DNA from: Candidatus Aminicenantes bacterium
GTDB lineage: Bacteria > Acidobacteriota > Aminicenantia > Aminicenantales > Saccharicenantaceae
Direction: 5' to 3'
Length of the DNA stretch: 64,000 nucleotides
Assembly: GCA_017883305.1 (NCBI GenBank)
Contig: JADGNU010000001.1
Span: forward strand, 1,606-65,605
The stretch's first letter is position 1; each line of letters starts with the position of its first letter. The position numbers and the translations under genes were made by a program. The notes below the pieces were generated by a model. The model worked only from the letters and a program-made list of their open reading frames with translations. It was not told the origin of the DNA and searched no databases. Below are positions 40,041 to 49,423 of the stretch, piece after piece.

Positions 40041-40964
40041 TCACTTGGCGTTCGCTTCGGTCGGTCGGCGGGCGGCCTGGTAGATCTTCGTCCAGTAGTC
40101 TTCGGCGAGGCGGTCGATCCGGACGGTCGGCGTCTCATGGACGGTCGCGTTGATGAAATATTCCTTGTCGATCATCATGCCGACGTGGCTGATCTTGTCG
40201 ATGGCCCGGCCGAAAAAGATGAGATCGCCGGCCTGCTCCGAGCCTTTGGGCACCTCGACGAGGCCGCTCTTCAGCATCTGGATGTCGGCGTCCCGCAAGA
40301 TGGGAACCCCGTTCATCTTGTAGATGAGCTGGACGAAGCCGGAGCAGTCGAGACCGCTGGGCGAACCGCCGCCCCACGTATAGGGCACGCCAATGAAGCG
40401 CTTCGCGAGAGCGACCATGTCCGTCGCCGGCCGGCGCGGCCAGGTCCAGGGGGCCTCGCGGATGTCCCCGTCGCCCTTCTGGATCCAGACCCGGGTGATG
40501 CCGGGCAGATTGACCTCGAGCCAGCGCTCGTTCTTCTCTCCGACGACCTCGAGGATGGAGCTGATGGGGGCGGTTTTGACCGGCTTATGCGCCGTGACAT
40601 CGGGCTCGCGGTAGGTGTTGGCCAGGAGCCCCGAAACGACGAAGACCTTGCCGGCGGAGGCATAGGGCTTGTCGCCGGGCTTCAGGAAACGCAGGGATGA
40701 GGCGATGACCCAGCCCGTGTAGGTGTCGGGCGTTTCGATCTCGCACCAGTCTTCGCCTTTGGCGTTCTTTTCCTGCTTCAGGACCTTGACGTTGTCGCCC
40801 AGGAGCGCCTGGCTGACGACGTCGGTATCGACAGTCGCGCTGCGGAACATGTTCTCGACCGAGTTGATCACCACGGCCGCGGCGGGGGCGGCCTGGGCCT
40901 GCCCGGCGCAGGCCAGGGCGGGGGAGAGGGCGATCAGGAGGATCGCGGACAGGATCTTCGTCAT
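40041..40964 (-). CDS. Secreted SH3b-domain NlpC/P60 (C40) cell-wall peptidase
   Basis: 307 aa; signal peptide MTKILSAILLIALSPALACAGQAQA; catalytic DCSGFVQLIY + downstream His. Confidence 0.8.
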   Translation of the reverse strand: MTKILSAILLIALSPALACAGQAQAAPAAAVVINSVENMFRSATVDTDVVSQALLGDNVKVLKQEKNAKGEDWCEIETPDTYTGWVIASSLRFLKPGDKPYASAGKVFVVSGLLANTYREPDVTAHKPVKTAPISSILEVVGEKNERWLEVNLPGITRVWIQKGDGDIREAPWTWPRRPATDMVALAKRFIGVPYTWGGGSPSGLDCSGFVQLIYKMNGVPILRDADIQMLKSGLVEVPKGSEQAGDLIFFGRAIDKISHVGMMIDKEYFINATVHETPTVRIDRLAEDYWTKIYQAARRPTEANAK

Positions 40965-40996
40965 CGGGGGACCTCCTCGCGAATATCCGAAGGACT

Positions 40997-41025
40997 ATCA
41001 TAGCGGGGAAACCCGGGGGATACAA
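40997..41025 (-). promoter_or_regulatory. Candidate promoter of NlpC/P60 gene: TTGTAT (41020-41025) -N17- TATGAT (40997-41002)
   Basis: Reverse-complement tattGTATcccccgggtttccccgcTATGATagtcc. Confidence 0.3.
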
Positions 41026-41148
41026 TACCATAGATATCCATCGGCATCGCGGGCTCGAGTGCTCGGCCGCCATGCCGCAGGTCGCTTCGAAAACTCCCCT
41101 TCCCGCCGGTCCCCGATTTCACCTATAATGCCTCCTAGAGGTGACGAC

Positions 41149-42270
41149 ATGAAGCGCAAGGAATTCCTGGGACTCGCCGGCGCCGCCGCGGCCGGCTCGT
41201 TGGTGACCTTCCGTCCGGCTCTGGCGCAAGCCTTGGCTGGCGGCGGCAAGACGACACTCTCCGTCAAGATCATGGACCTCAAGCTCCAATACGCCTGGGG
41301 CCTGTCGCGGGGGACTTGGACGACCCGCCGGAACGCGTTCGTCAAGATCGAGCGGGACGGCGTCTACGGCCTGGGCGAGGCCGCGCCCATCGCCCGCTAC
41401 GACGAAACCGCCGAAGGCGCCGCGGCGTTCTTCGAAAAGGCCCGCCCTGTCCTGGAGCGGGACCTGTGGGAGTATGCCGTCCGCTGGAACGAGCTAGAGA
41501 CCCTGGCCCCCACGGAACACGCCGCCAAGGCGGCCCTGGACATGGCCTTGCTCGATTGGGTCGGGAAGAAGCTCCAGGTCCCGGTCTGGAAGCTGCTGGG
41601 CCTGAACAAGGCCGGCGCTCTGAAGACCACCTATTCCATCGGCATCGACGAGGTCCCGGTCATGCAGGAGAAGATCCGGGCTTATCCCGACTTTAGCGTT
41701 TACAAGATCAAGGTCGGCACCAAGGACGACCGCAAGATCATCGAGGGCATCCGGGCCGTGACGTCCAAGCCCCTCCGGGTCGACGCCAACGAGGGCTGGA
41801 AGACGAAAGAGGAGGCCCTGGAGAATATCAATTGGATGGCCGGCATGGGGATCGAATACATTGAACAGCCCATGCCCGCCGACAGGATCGAGGATTTCGC
41901 CTGGCTCAAGCAGCGCTCCAAGCTCCCGCTCTACGCCGACGAGAGCCTGATGAAGGCCTCCGACATCCCCCGCATCGCCCCCTACTTCGACGGCCTCAAC
42001 ATCAAGCTCATGAAGTGCGGCGGCATTCAGGAGGCCGTGCGCATGGTGGCCATGGCCCGGGCCCTGGGTCTCAAGCTGATGATCGGCTGCATGGTCGAGA
42101 CCTCGCTGGCCATCTCGGCCGCCGCGGCCCTCACGCCGCTCTTCGACCACGCCGACCTCGACGGCAACCTGCTGTCCGCGACCGACCCCTTCAAGGGCGT
42201 AAAGACGGTCAAGGACCAGCTGGTGCTTAACGACAGGCCGGGTCTGGGGGTCGAGGGCGAGATCTTCTAG
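41149..42270 (+). CDS. Exported dipeptide epimerase (L-Ala-D/L-Glu epimerase-like, enolase/MLE superfamily) with Tat-like/Sec signal peptide
   Basis: 373 aa from MKRKEFLGLAGAAAAGSLVTFRPALAQA; KIKVG, DANEGW, metal-ligand pattern typical of the MR/MLE family; ORF-track start 40723 is an upstream extension; TATAAT at 41124-41129. Confidence 0.7.
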   Translation: MKRKEFLGLAGAAAAGSLVTFRPALAQALAGGGKTTLSVKIMDLKLQYAWGLSRGTWTTRRNAFVKIERDGVYGLGEAAPIARYDETAEGAAAFFEKARPVLERDLWEYAVRWNELETLAPTEHAAKAALDMALLDWVGKKLQVPVWKLLGLNKAGALKTTYSIGIDEVPVMQEKIRAYPDFSVYKIKVGTKDDRKIIEGIRAVTSKPLRVDANEGWKTKEEALENINWMAGMGIEYIEQPMPADRIEDFAWLKQRSKLPLYADESLMKASDIPRIAPYFDGLNIKLMKCGGIQEAVRMVAMARALGLKLMIGCMVETSLAISAAAALTPLFDHADLDGNLLSATDPFKGVKTVKDQLVLNDRPGLGVEGEIF

Positions 42271-42279
42271 CCGGCCGTC

Positions 42280-43449
42280 TCAGAGGCCCCGCAAGGCAAC
42301 GGCCACGGGCCGGCGCACGGCCCGGACGGCCGGGGGAACGCCTCCGACGAGGCCCATCAGCAGGGCGAAGCCGAGGCCCCGCAGGAGCAGGCCCGGCGTG
42401 ATGCGGAAAGCGAAGGCGAGGTGCGAGAACGTCTGCCAGTTGATCGTCCCCGTCGTGAATCCGTTCATCGGCAGGACGGCCAGGCAGCCGAGGACCCCCC
42501 CGATCAGGGCGATGAAGAGCGATTCGACGATGAAGGACGACACGACGGCCCCACTCCCGAATCCGAGGGCCCTCATCGTGGCGATCTCGCGGGATCTTTC
42601 GGCGACGGCTGAGTACATCGTGTTCAGGGCGGCGAAAACCGCGCCGACGCCCATCACCAGGGCGATGAGGAAACCCAGGACGCGGATGAGATCCGTCAGG
42701 GTCCGCGACTGGGCCCGGTAGTAGTCGGTTTCCCGATCCACCTGGACGGACAGCCGCGGGTCGGACGTGAGCGCATCCTTGAAGCGGGCCAGGGCCGACG
42801 GAGATTCGAGGCGCACGGTCACCGACTGGAAGATGTTGGTCGGCCGCTTGTAGATCTCGTTGAGGACGTTGGCGTCGCACCACACCTCGGAATCGAATGC
42901 GCTGCCGCCGGCGTCGAAGACCCCGACCACCTTCCAGGTGCCGCCGCCGAAGCGGACGGTCCCGCCGAGGACAAAGCCCTCGTAGGACTTGATGGCGTTC
43001 GACCCGAGGATCAGCTCGGCCAGCCCCGGCTGGAAGAACCGTCCGGCCGTGATGCGGACGTTGGAGCGGACGTCCAGGACCCGCGGCGAAACGCCGCGCA
43101 CTTGGACGTTGGCCTCCGTATCCGTCCGGGCCAGGGGAAAGGCCGCGATGACGACGACCTCGCCCGAAGCGAGCGGCCCCCGCGCGTCACGGGCGACCCC
43201 GGCCGCGTCCTCGATCGTTCGCATCTCCTCGAGGGCGATGGCGCTGACCATCTCCGAATCGGCGCCGGCCCGGCGGACGATGGCGTTTCCGGGTGATCCG
43301 GAGGCGATGAGCGTGGCCTGGAAGCCTTGGGCCAGGGCCAGCATGGCCACGAAGACGCCCACGGTTCCGGCGACGCCGAGGACGGCCACGATGGCCGAGG
43401 ACCAGCGCTGGACGACGCTCCGAACGTTGTAGACGACCGGGATGGCCAT
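42280..43449 (-). CDS. ABC transporter permease, FtsX/MacB-LolE family (4 TM + large periplasmic loop)
   Basis: 389 aa; N-terminal TM, ~230-aa loop, C-terminal 3 TM. Confidence 0.75.
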   Translation of the reverse strand: MAIPVVYNVRSVVQRWSSAIVAVLGVAGTVGVFVAMLALAQGFQATLIASGSPGNAIVRRAGADSEMVSAIALEEMRTIEDAAGVARDARGPLASGEVVVIAAFPLARTDTEANVQVRGVSPRVLDVRSNVRITAGRFFQPGLAELILGSNAIKSYEGFVLGGTVRFGGGTWKVVGVFDAGGSAFDSEVWCDANVLNEIYKRPTNIFQSVTVRLESPSALARFKDALTSDPRLSVQVDRETDYYRAQSRTLTDLIRVLGFLIALVMGVGAVFAALNTMYSAVAERSREIATMRALGFGSGAVVSSFIVESLFIALIGGVLGCLAVLPMNGFTTGTINWQTFSHLAFAFRITPGLLLRGLGFALLMGLVGGVPPAVRAVRRPVAVALRGL

Positions 43450-43450
43450 G

Positions 43451-44590
43451 TCAGATCCTCCTCAGCGCGTCCACGACCCTGAGCCTCATCGCGCCGATCG
43501 CCGGCAGGAGGCCTGCGGCGGCCCCCACGGCGATCGCTAGGACGAAGCCGGCCGCGAAGGTGAGCGGCGAAACGTAGAGCACGCCGAGCATCGGCAGGGC
43601 GCGGGACAGGCGGGGAATGACAAGCTTGGCCAGGGCCAGGCCGATGAACCCTCCCTGCCCGGCGATGAGGACGGCCTCGGCCAGGATGAGCCCCAGGACG
43701 CGGCGGTCCGAGAAACCGACCGTCTTCAGGACGGCCAGCTCGCCGGACCGCTCCCGGACGGCGATGGCCATGGTGTTCCCAGTGACCAGGAGGAGGGTGA
43801 AGAAGACGACGGATCCGATGGTCATGATCAGCAGCTCGACGTTCCCCATCTGCTTGGCGAAGGAGGCCGCGAACGATTTTTCGGTCTGGGTCCGGGTCTC
43901 GAAGGGTGAATTCTCGAAGAGCGCGTCGATGGCCTTGGTGACCTGGACGGCGTCGTCGGGATTGCCGACCTTGACGACGTAATAGCCGACGGTGCCCTTT
44001 CCGTACGCGCGCCGCTCCTCCAGGTAATCGGCCCTGAAGAACATGCCGCTGGTGTCCGCCTCGGGACGGTTGCCGTCGTAGACGCCGACCACGTTGAACT
44101 CCCAGTTGCCGGTCCAGATCGTTCCGCGAAGCGGGAGCCGGTCGCCGACCTTGAAGCCGAACCGCTTGGCCAGAGCGCGCCCGACCAGGCACGCCTGGCG
44201 GTCCTTCATGAACGCGTCCCGCCCCTCCGGGGAGACGACATTATCGGCATAGACGTCGAACCAGGTGTCCTTGTCGACCGCGAACTGGGGGAAGAAATTG
44301 CGCTCGTCCTGATAGACGCCGCCGAACCAGGAGGCGTAGGTAACGGCCGCAACGCCCGGGACCTTCAAGAGCCGGTCCCGGTAGGAGAGGGGGAGGGGCA
44401 GGATGAGGGAGACCCGGTTGATCACGGCCAGCCGGTTGGCCCCCGCGGCGTCGGCGCCGCCCCGAAACCCCATCCGGACCGCCGCCAGGAGCCCGAAAAG
44501 AAAGAGAGCGACCGCGAACGAGCCGATCGCGAGGGTCGTCCGGACCTTTTTCCGCCGGAGGTTGGCCCAGACCAGTCTAAAGGACTTCAT
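43451..44590 (-). CDS. ABC transporter permease, FtsX/MacB-LolE family (second copy)
   Basis: 379 aa; same architecture; overlaps the ATPase gene by 4 nt. Confidence 0.75.
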   Translation of the reverse strand: MKSFRLVWANLRRKKVRTTLAIGSFAVALFLFGLLAAVRMGFRGGADAAGANRLAVINRVSLILPLPLSYRDRLLKVPGVAAVTYASWFGGVYQDERNFFPQFAVDKDTWFDVYADNVVSPEGRDAFMKDRQACLVGRALAKRFGFKVGDRLPLRGTIWTGNWEFNVVGVYDGNRPEADTSGMFFRADYLEERRAYGKGTVGYYVVKVGNPDDAVQVTKAIDALFENSPFETRTQTEKSFAASFAKQMGNVELLIMTIGSVVFFTLLLVTGNTMAIAVRERSGELAVLKTVGFSDRRVLGLILAEAVLIAGQGGFIGLALAKLVIPRLSRALPMLGVLYVSPLTFAAGFVLAIAVGAAAGLLPAIGAMRLRVVDALRRI

Positions 44591-45312
44591 GTCCCGGCTC
44601 CGGCCTTGGCCGCCTCCATGAGGACGCCCTTGTCGAGGTGGAGGACGAACCGGGCCCGCTCCGCAGCCCGGGGATCGTGGCTGACCATCAGGACCGTCTT
44701 GCCATGCTCCCTCACCAGGCGGTCGATGATCTCCATGATCTCGTCGGCGTTCTTACGGTCGAGGTCGCCCGTGGGTTCGTCGCACAGGAGGAAGGTCGGG
44801 TCCGCGACGAAGGCCCGGGCGATGGCCACACGCTGCTCCTGTCCGCCGGACAGTTGCCGGGGAAAATGCCCCATGCGATCGGTGAGCCCGACGACCGCGA
44901 GGGCGGTCTCGACGTGCTTCCGGCGCTCGGCCTTCGAAAGCTTGGTCAGGAGAAGGGGCAGCTCCACGTTCTGAAAAGCAGTCAGGACGGGAATGAGATT
45001 GTAGAGCTGGAATATGAAACCGACGTGACGCGCCCGCCATGAGGTCAGGCTTCCGGCGGACAACTTCGTGATCTCGTCACCTGCGACCGTGATGCTCCCC
45101 GACGTGGGCAGGTCGAGCCCGCCGAGCAGGTTGAGGAGCGTCGTCTTGCCGGACCCGCTGGGACCCATGAAGGCCACGAAATCGCCCGCGTCGACGTCCA
45201 GGTTCAGACCCTGAAGGACATGGATCTCCTCGGTGCCGCGGACGTACTTCTTGTCCAGGTTGCGCACGCGCACAAGGGCGGTGCCGTTCCCTTTCCCGTC
45301 GATCCTCACCAT
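44587..45312 (-). CDS. ABC transporter ATP-binding protein (MacB/LolD-type)
   Basis: 241 aa; Walker A GPSGSGKTT, signature LSGGQEQR, Walker B LLCDEPTGDLD. Confidence 0.85.
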   Translation of the reverse strand: MVRIDGKGNGTALVRVRNLDKKYVRGTEEIHVLQGLNLDVDAGDFVAFMGPSGSGKTTLLNLLGGLDLPTSGSITVAGDEITKLSAGSLTSWRARHVGFIFQLYNLIPVLTAFQNVELPLLLTKLSKAERRKHVETALAVVGLTDRMGHFPRQLSGGQEQRVAIARAFVADPTFLLCDEPTGDLDRKNADEIMEIIDRLVREHGKTVLMVSHDPRAAERARFVLHLDKGVLMEAAKAGAGT

Positions 45313-45328
45313 CTTGGCCTCCTCCGGC

Positions 45329-46552
45329 TTATTTGACTTTGATCCGCTGGCCGTCGCGCAGATCGGCGGGCCCTTCGACGACGACCTTGTCGCCGGGCGC
45401 GAGCCCGGCCGTGACCTCGACGTCGGCGCCGATCTCGAGGCCCAGCTTGACGGCCCTGCGTTCGACGACGCCGTCCCGCGCCAGGAACACCACCGCCTGT
45501 CCGTCCCCCGTGCGGGCTGCCGCTCGCGGGATGAGGGCCCTGGCCGCCTCCCGGCCCGCTGCCTGCTCGCCGGCCAGAAACGATACTTTGACGCCCATGT
45601 CCGGAAGGATGCGGGGGTCGAGCTTGTCGAACGCGATACGGACCTTCACCGTGGCCTTCTGGCGGTCGGCCGTGGGAATGATCGTCCGGACGCTGGCCGG
45701 GATGCGCCAGTCCGGGTAGGCGTCGAGGACCGCTTCGACGCGCTGCCCCGGGAGGACCCGGGCGATGTAGGATTCATTGACGTCCACCTCGATCTCGATC
45801 GAATCCATGTCGACGATCGTGGCGATGCCCGTACGGGTGAACCCCCCGCCGGCCGAGATCGGGGAGACCATCTCCCCCCTCTGGGCGTCCTTGGAAACGA
45901 CGATCCCGCCGAAAGGCGCGCGGACGATGCAATTATCGACATCCTGCTGGGCCAGGGCGATCTGGGCGTCGGCCGCTCTCACCTGTTCCTCGGCGGCCGT
46001 CACTTGGGCCTTCAGGCTTTCGGCGGTCGTGCGGGCCTGATCGAGGGCCTGGGTGCTGGCGAAGCCGTCCGCGGCCAGGCTCTCGTTCCGGCTGAGCTCC
46101 CGCTCGGCGTTGGCGAGATTGATCTTGAGGCTGGCGATGAGGGAGGCGGTCGCGTCCCTCTGTGTCCGGGCGGCCTGCAGCCGCCGCTGCGCGTCTGCGT
46201 CGTCGAGCCTAGCGAGGAGCTGTCCCTCGGTGACGGCCATTCCTTCGTCGACATAAACGTCCACGACCCTGGCCGTGATCTTGGCCGCGACCGTGGCCCG
46301 ACGGCGCGGCGTGATGTAGCCGCTGGCATTCAGGAGGGAGACGGTCCCCGGATCACCCGCCGGGCGCGCCTCGGCGATCGTGACGACCGCGGCTCGGCTT
46401 CGAAAAGCCAAAAACGCCGCGGCCGCAAGGATGATCACGGCCCCGCCGGCGATCGTCCGTCTGGCCCTCCGCCCGGACCCGGCCGGCCGGACGCGCTCGT
46501 CGATCTTCAGTCCTGAAAGGTCCGGGCGCGAAGAAGGGGGTTGTTCGCTCAT
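45329..46552 (-). CDS. HlyD/MFP-family periplasmic adaptor of the ABC efflux system (start at MSEQPPSS; ORF-track start 46651 would sit in the -35 box)
   Basis: TM anchor + coiled-coil + beta-barrel typical of MFP; SD ggaggagg upstream of ATG 46552. Confidence 0.7.
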   Translation of the reverse strand: MSEQPPSSRPDLSGLKIDERVRPAGSGRRARRTIAGGAVIILAAAAFLAFRSRAAVVTIAEARPAGDPGTVSLLNASGYITPRRRATVAAKITARVVDVYVDEGMAVTEGQLLARLDDADAQRRLQAARTQRDATASLIASLKINLANAERELSRNESLAADGFASTQALDQARTTAESLKAQVTAAEEQVRAADAQIALAQQDVDNCIVRAPFGGIVVSKDAQRGEMVSPISAGGGFTRTGIATIVDMDSIEIEVDVNESYIARVLPGQRVEAVLDAYPDWRIPASVRTIIPTADRQKATVKVRIAFDKLDPRILPDMGVKVSFLAGEQAAGREAARALIPRAAARTGDGQAVVFLARDGVVERRAVKLGLEIGADVEVTAGLAPGDKVVVEGPADLRDGQRIKVK

Positions 46553-46622
46553 TCCCGCTAACCCTCCTCCCGAGTCTCTTTGGGCACGGACCAGACGGGC
46601 CGTTGCCGGATTTATCAGATGT

Positions 46623-46651
46623 ATGATAGGGGAACGCCCGATCCTCGTCAA
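46623..46651 (-). promoter_or_regulatory. Candidate promoter of MFP-ABC operon: TTGACG (46646-46651) -N17- TATCAT (46623-46628)
   Basis: Reverse-complement gggaTTTGACGaggatcgggcgttccccTATCATaca. Confidence 0.4.
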
Positions 46652-46747
46652 ATCCCGCGACGCACAAAAGTCGAGGATTTAGCAAGAGGAACGGATGTCG
46701 ACGGGAGGCCCCGCGCGGGCCCTTTGTCCGGCCTGCCCAGGCAGGGA

Positions 46748-48388
46748 TCAGGAGGACTTGCCGGCTTCGATGACCAGCTTCTGCCCGACGGCAAGGATGT
46801 CGGAGGAGAGGCCGTTGGCCGCCTTGATCTTCTCCACGGTCGTCTTGTAGGATTTGGCGATCTGGAAGAGACTTTCGCCGTTCTTGACAATGTGGGTCAC
46901 GGTCTCGCCCGGCTTCGCCGCCGGGGGCGCCGCGGCCGCCGGCGATTCGACCCCGCCCCGCGAGGGGACGCGCAGGACCTGGCCAGGCCGGATGATGTTG
47001 CTATTGAGCCCGTTAAGGCGCTTGAGGGCGTTGACCGAGGTCCGGTAGCGGTTGGCGATGGCACCCAGGGTGTCGCCGCTGCGAACGGTGTGGCGGTCCG
47101 TGACCACGTCGGGCGGGATGTACTGGGGCAGCGTGGCGATGCAAGCCAGGCACTTTTCCCCATAGCCGGCAGGCACCCGGAGGTCGTAAGCGTAGTTGGG
47201 GGTCGAGTCGTGCCGCAGCTCGGAATTGAGGCTGACGAGGAGCGCCGCGTCCAGCCCGAGATTCTGGGACAGCGTCGCCAGCTTGACCGCGGCATTGACC
47301 TGGATCGAATCGGATTGGACCGGCGGGTCGGGCGTGGGGAGATCGAAGCCGTACTTGCGCGGATCGCTGACGATGAGAAGCGTCGCGATGAAGCGCGGCA
47401 CATGCCGCGCCGTTTCGAACGGCAGGTTGGCGAAGATATCCCAGAAGCTGTCGAAATAATCGACCTTCTGGGCCCGGATGACCCTCTGGACCTGGGCTTC
47501 GCCGCAGTTGTAGGCGGCGATGGCCGTCGTCCAGTCGCCGAACATGTCGTGGAGCTCGATCATGTACTGGATGGCCGCCCTGGTGGCCTTGACCGGGTCC
47601 ATGCGCTCGTCGACGTACTTGTCCTGCTTGAGGCCGTAGCGATAGCCCGTCGAGCGGATAAACTGCCACATGCCCAGGGCCCGGGCCCGCGACAGGGCCC
47701 TCGGTCGGAAGGCGCTCTCGATGAGCGGGATCCAGGCGAGCTGTTCCGGCAGGTGTTCCCGGCGCAGCTCCTGGAGGATCATGTCCCGGTACTGGCCGGA
47801 CCGCTTATAGGATTCTTCGAACGCCTTTCGCTCGACAGTCTGGAAAGACTTGATCTCCCTCGCGACCCACTGGTTCTCGATGAGCGGGATGGAACCGTTG
47901 ACCGACGAGGCCAGGGTGGTCCGGGATAGAGAGATCTTCTGGATGCGCTGGGCGATGAGGAGGCGCAGGTCCATCTTCTCCTGGAGAAGGGGGGAGTCGG
48001 CCGGGACGGACATTTTCAGGAGCAGGCCGTAGGCCTCGTCGAGCTTGATCAAAGCCCTTTCCATGTCCTGCCGCTCGATGGCCGCCAGGGCCTCCTCGTA
48101 AGCCGTGAAGGCGTCCTCGAGGAGGGCGGCGGCATCCTTGTCCGTCGCCTCGTCCTTGGCCGCCGCGGCCTGGGCCGCTTCCTGGTCCTCGCGGGCTTGG
48201 CGGGCGGTCTCCTCGACCGCCTGGGCCGGCTTGTCGACCTTGGGCTTGGCCGTCTCGACGGTCGGGGCGGGGGGAACCGGCTTGGGGGTCGTCCTGGCCG
48301 GCTTAGGAGACGAGGAACAGGCCGCCAGCAGGAAGACGATCAGGGTGATAAGGGTCCAAGTGAGGGTAGTGTGTCGTTGGGAATTCAT
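46748..48388 (-). CDS. mltD: Membrane-bound lytic murein transglycosylase D-like lipoprotein (SLT domain + 2 LysM)
   Basis: 546 aa; lipobox LLAACSS; SLT motif AYNCGEAQV; two C-terminal LysM repeats. Confidence 0.8.
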   Translation of the reverse strand: MNSQRHTTLTWTLITLIVFLLAACSSSPKPARTTPKPVPPAPTVETAKPKVDKPAQAVEETARQAREDQEAAQAAAAKDEATDKDAAALLEDAFTAYEEALAAIERQDMERALIKLDEAYGLLLKMSVPADSPLLQEKMDLRLLIAQRIQKISLSRTTLASSVNGSIPLIENQWVAREIKSFQTVERKAFEESYKRSGQYRDMILQELRREHLPEQLAWIPLIESAFRPRALSRARALGMWQFIRSTGYRYGLKQDKYVDERMDPVKATRAAIQYMIELHDMFGDWTTAIAAYNCGEAQVQRVIRAQKVDYFDSFWDIFANLPFETARHVPRFIATLLIVSDPRKYGFDLPTPDPPVQSDSIQVNAAVKLATLSQNLGLDAALLVSLNSELRHDSTPNYAYDLRVPAGYGEKCLACIATLPQYIPPDVVTDRHTVRSGDTLGAIANRYRTSVNALKRLNGLNSNIIRPGQVLRVPSRGGVESPAAAAPPAAKPGETVTHIVKNGESLFQIAKSYKTTVEKIKAANGLSSDILAVGQKLVIEAGKSS

Positions 48389-48399
48389 TTCAAAACCGA

Positions 48400-48428
48400 T
48401 TTATACCACATCGGCCGGGAACCGTCAA
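48400..48428 (-). promoter_or_regulatory. Candidate promoter of mltD: TTGACG (48423-48428) -N17- TATAAA (48400-48405), only 11 nt before ATG (near-leaderless mRNA)
   Basis: Reverse-complement cctgTTGACGgttcccggccgatgtggTATAAAtcggttttgaaATG. Confidence 0.4.
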
Positions 48429-48451
48429 CAGGAGGTTGATCGGGGCGGCTC

Positions 48452-49423
48452 TCAGCCGGCCTGCCGGTGCCAATTCCAGGCCGATCGGACGATCGTCTCA
48501 AGCGACGACAGGCCGGGCTTCCAGCCGAGGACTCTTCCGGCCTTCGCCTTGGACGCGAGGAGCACGGCCACATCGCCCTGGCGCCTCGGGCCGAGGTCAT
48601 AGGGGACCGGGCGTCCCGTCACCTTCTCGGCGGTTCGGATGACGTCGAGGACAGAATGGCCGATCTCCGTGCCCAGATTGATGACGTCACCAGGACCGCC
48701 CGCGAGGAGCGACTTCAGCGCCAGGACATGGGCCGCGGCGAGGTCCGTGACATGGATGTAGTCCCGGAGGGCCGTTCCGTCGGGGGTCGGGAAATCCCCG
48801 CCGAAGACCTGGAGGCGCGGCTTCTTCCCCAGCACTCCGAGGAGGATGTTGGGGATGAGGTGGGTCTCGGGATCATGGCATTCGCCCGCCGTCCCGTCGA
48901 GCGCCGCCCCCGCGGCATTGAAATAGCGGAGCGAGATCGAGCGCAGGCCGTGGGCCCGCTCGTAGTCCCGGAGGATGTCCTCGACCATGAGCTTGGCCCG
49001 GCCGTAGGGGTTGGCCGGCCGCGTCGGGTGGCTCTCGGGAATGGGGGTTTCCAAGGGCTCGCCGTAGACGGCCGCCGTCGAGGAGAAGATGAGGGCCTTC
49101 GTCCCGGCCTCGAGCATGGCGTCGAGGAGGTTGAGGCTCGTCTCGAGGTTGTGGGTGTAGTACTTCCGGGGGTTGACGTAAGATTCGCCGACCTGGATGA
49201 GCGAAGCGAAGTGCAGGACGGCCCCGATCTCGTGCTCTTGGAAGATCCGACGCAGGGCCTCCCGGTCTCGCAGGTCGGCGTTGAGTGAGGGGGTGTCGCC
49301 GATGAGCTCCAGCCGGCCGCTCGAGAAGTTGTCTAGGACGAGGACTTCGAAGCCCTCCCGGACAAGCTCTTTGACCGTGTGCGAGCCGATGTACCCGGCG
49401 CCGCCGGCGACGAGGATGGTCAT
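48452..49423 (-). CDS. galE: UDP-glucose 4-epimerase (NAD-dependent epimerase)
   Basis: 323 aa from MTILVAGGAGYIGSH; YxxxK and GxxGxxG motifs; the ORF-track 574-aa ORF is an out-of-frame upstream extension. Confidence 0.8.
   Translation of the reverse strand: MTILVAGGAGYIGSHTVKELVREGFEVLVLDNFSSGRLELIGDTPSLNADLRDREALRRIFQEHEIGAVLHFASLIQVGESYVNPRKYYTHNLETSLNLLDAMLEAGTKALIFSSTAAVYGEPLETPIPESHPTRPANPYGRAKLMVEDILRDYERAHGLRSISLRYFNAAGAALDGTAGECHDPETHLIPNILLGVLGKKPRLQVFGGDFPTPDGTALRDYIHVTDLAAAHVLALKSLLAGGPGDVINLGTEIGHSVLDVIRTAEKVTGRPVPYDLGPRRQGDVAVLLASKAKAGRVLGWKPGLSSLETIVRSAWNWHRQAG

Noticed and set aside
46553-46651. Longer start (46651) for the HlyD/MFP gene
   Set aside because: Position 46651 lies within the predicted TTGACG -35 box of the operon promoter. 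ATG 46552 has a ggaggagg SD and still precedes the TM anchor.
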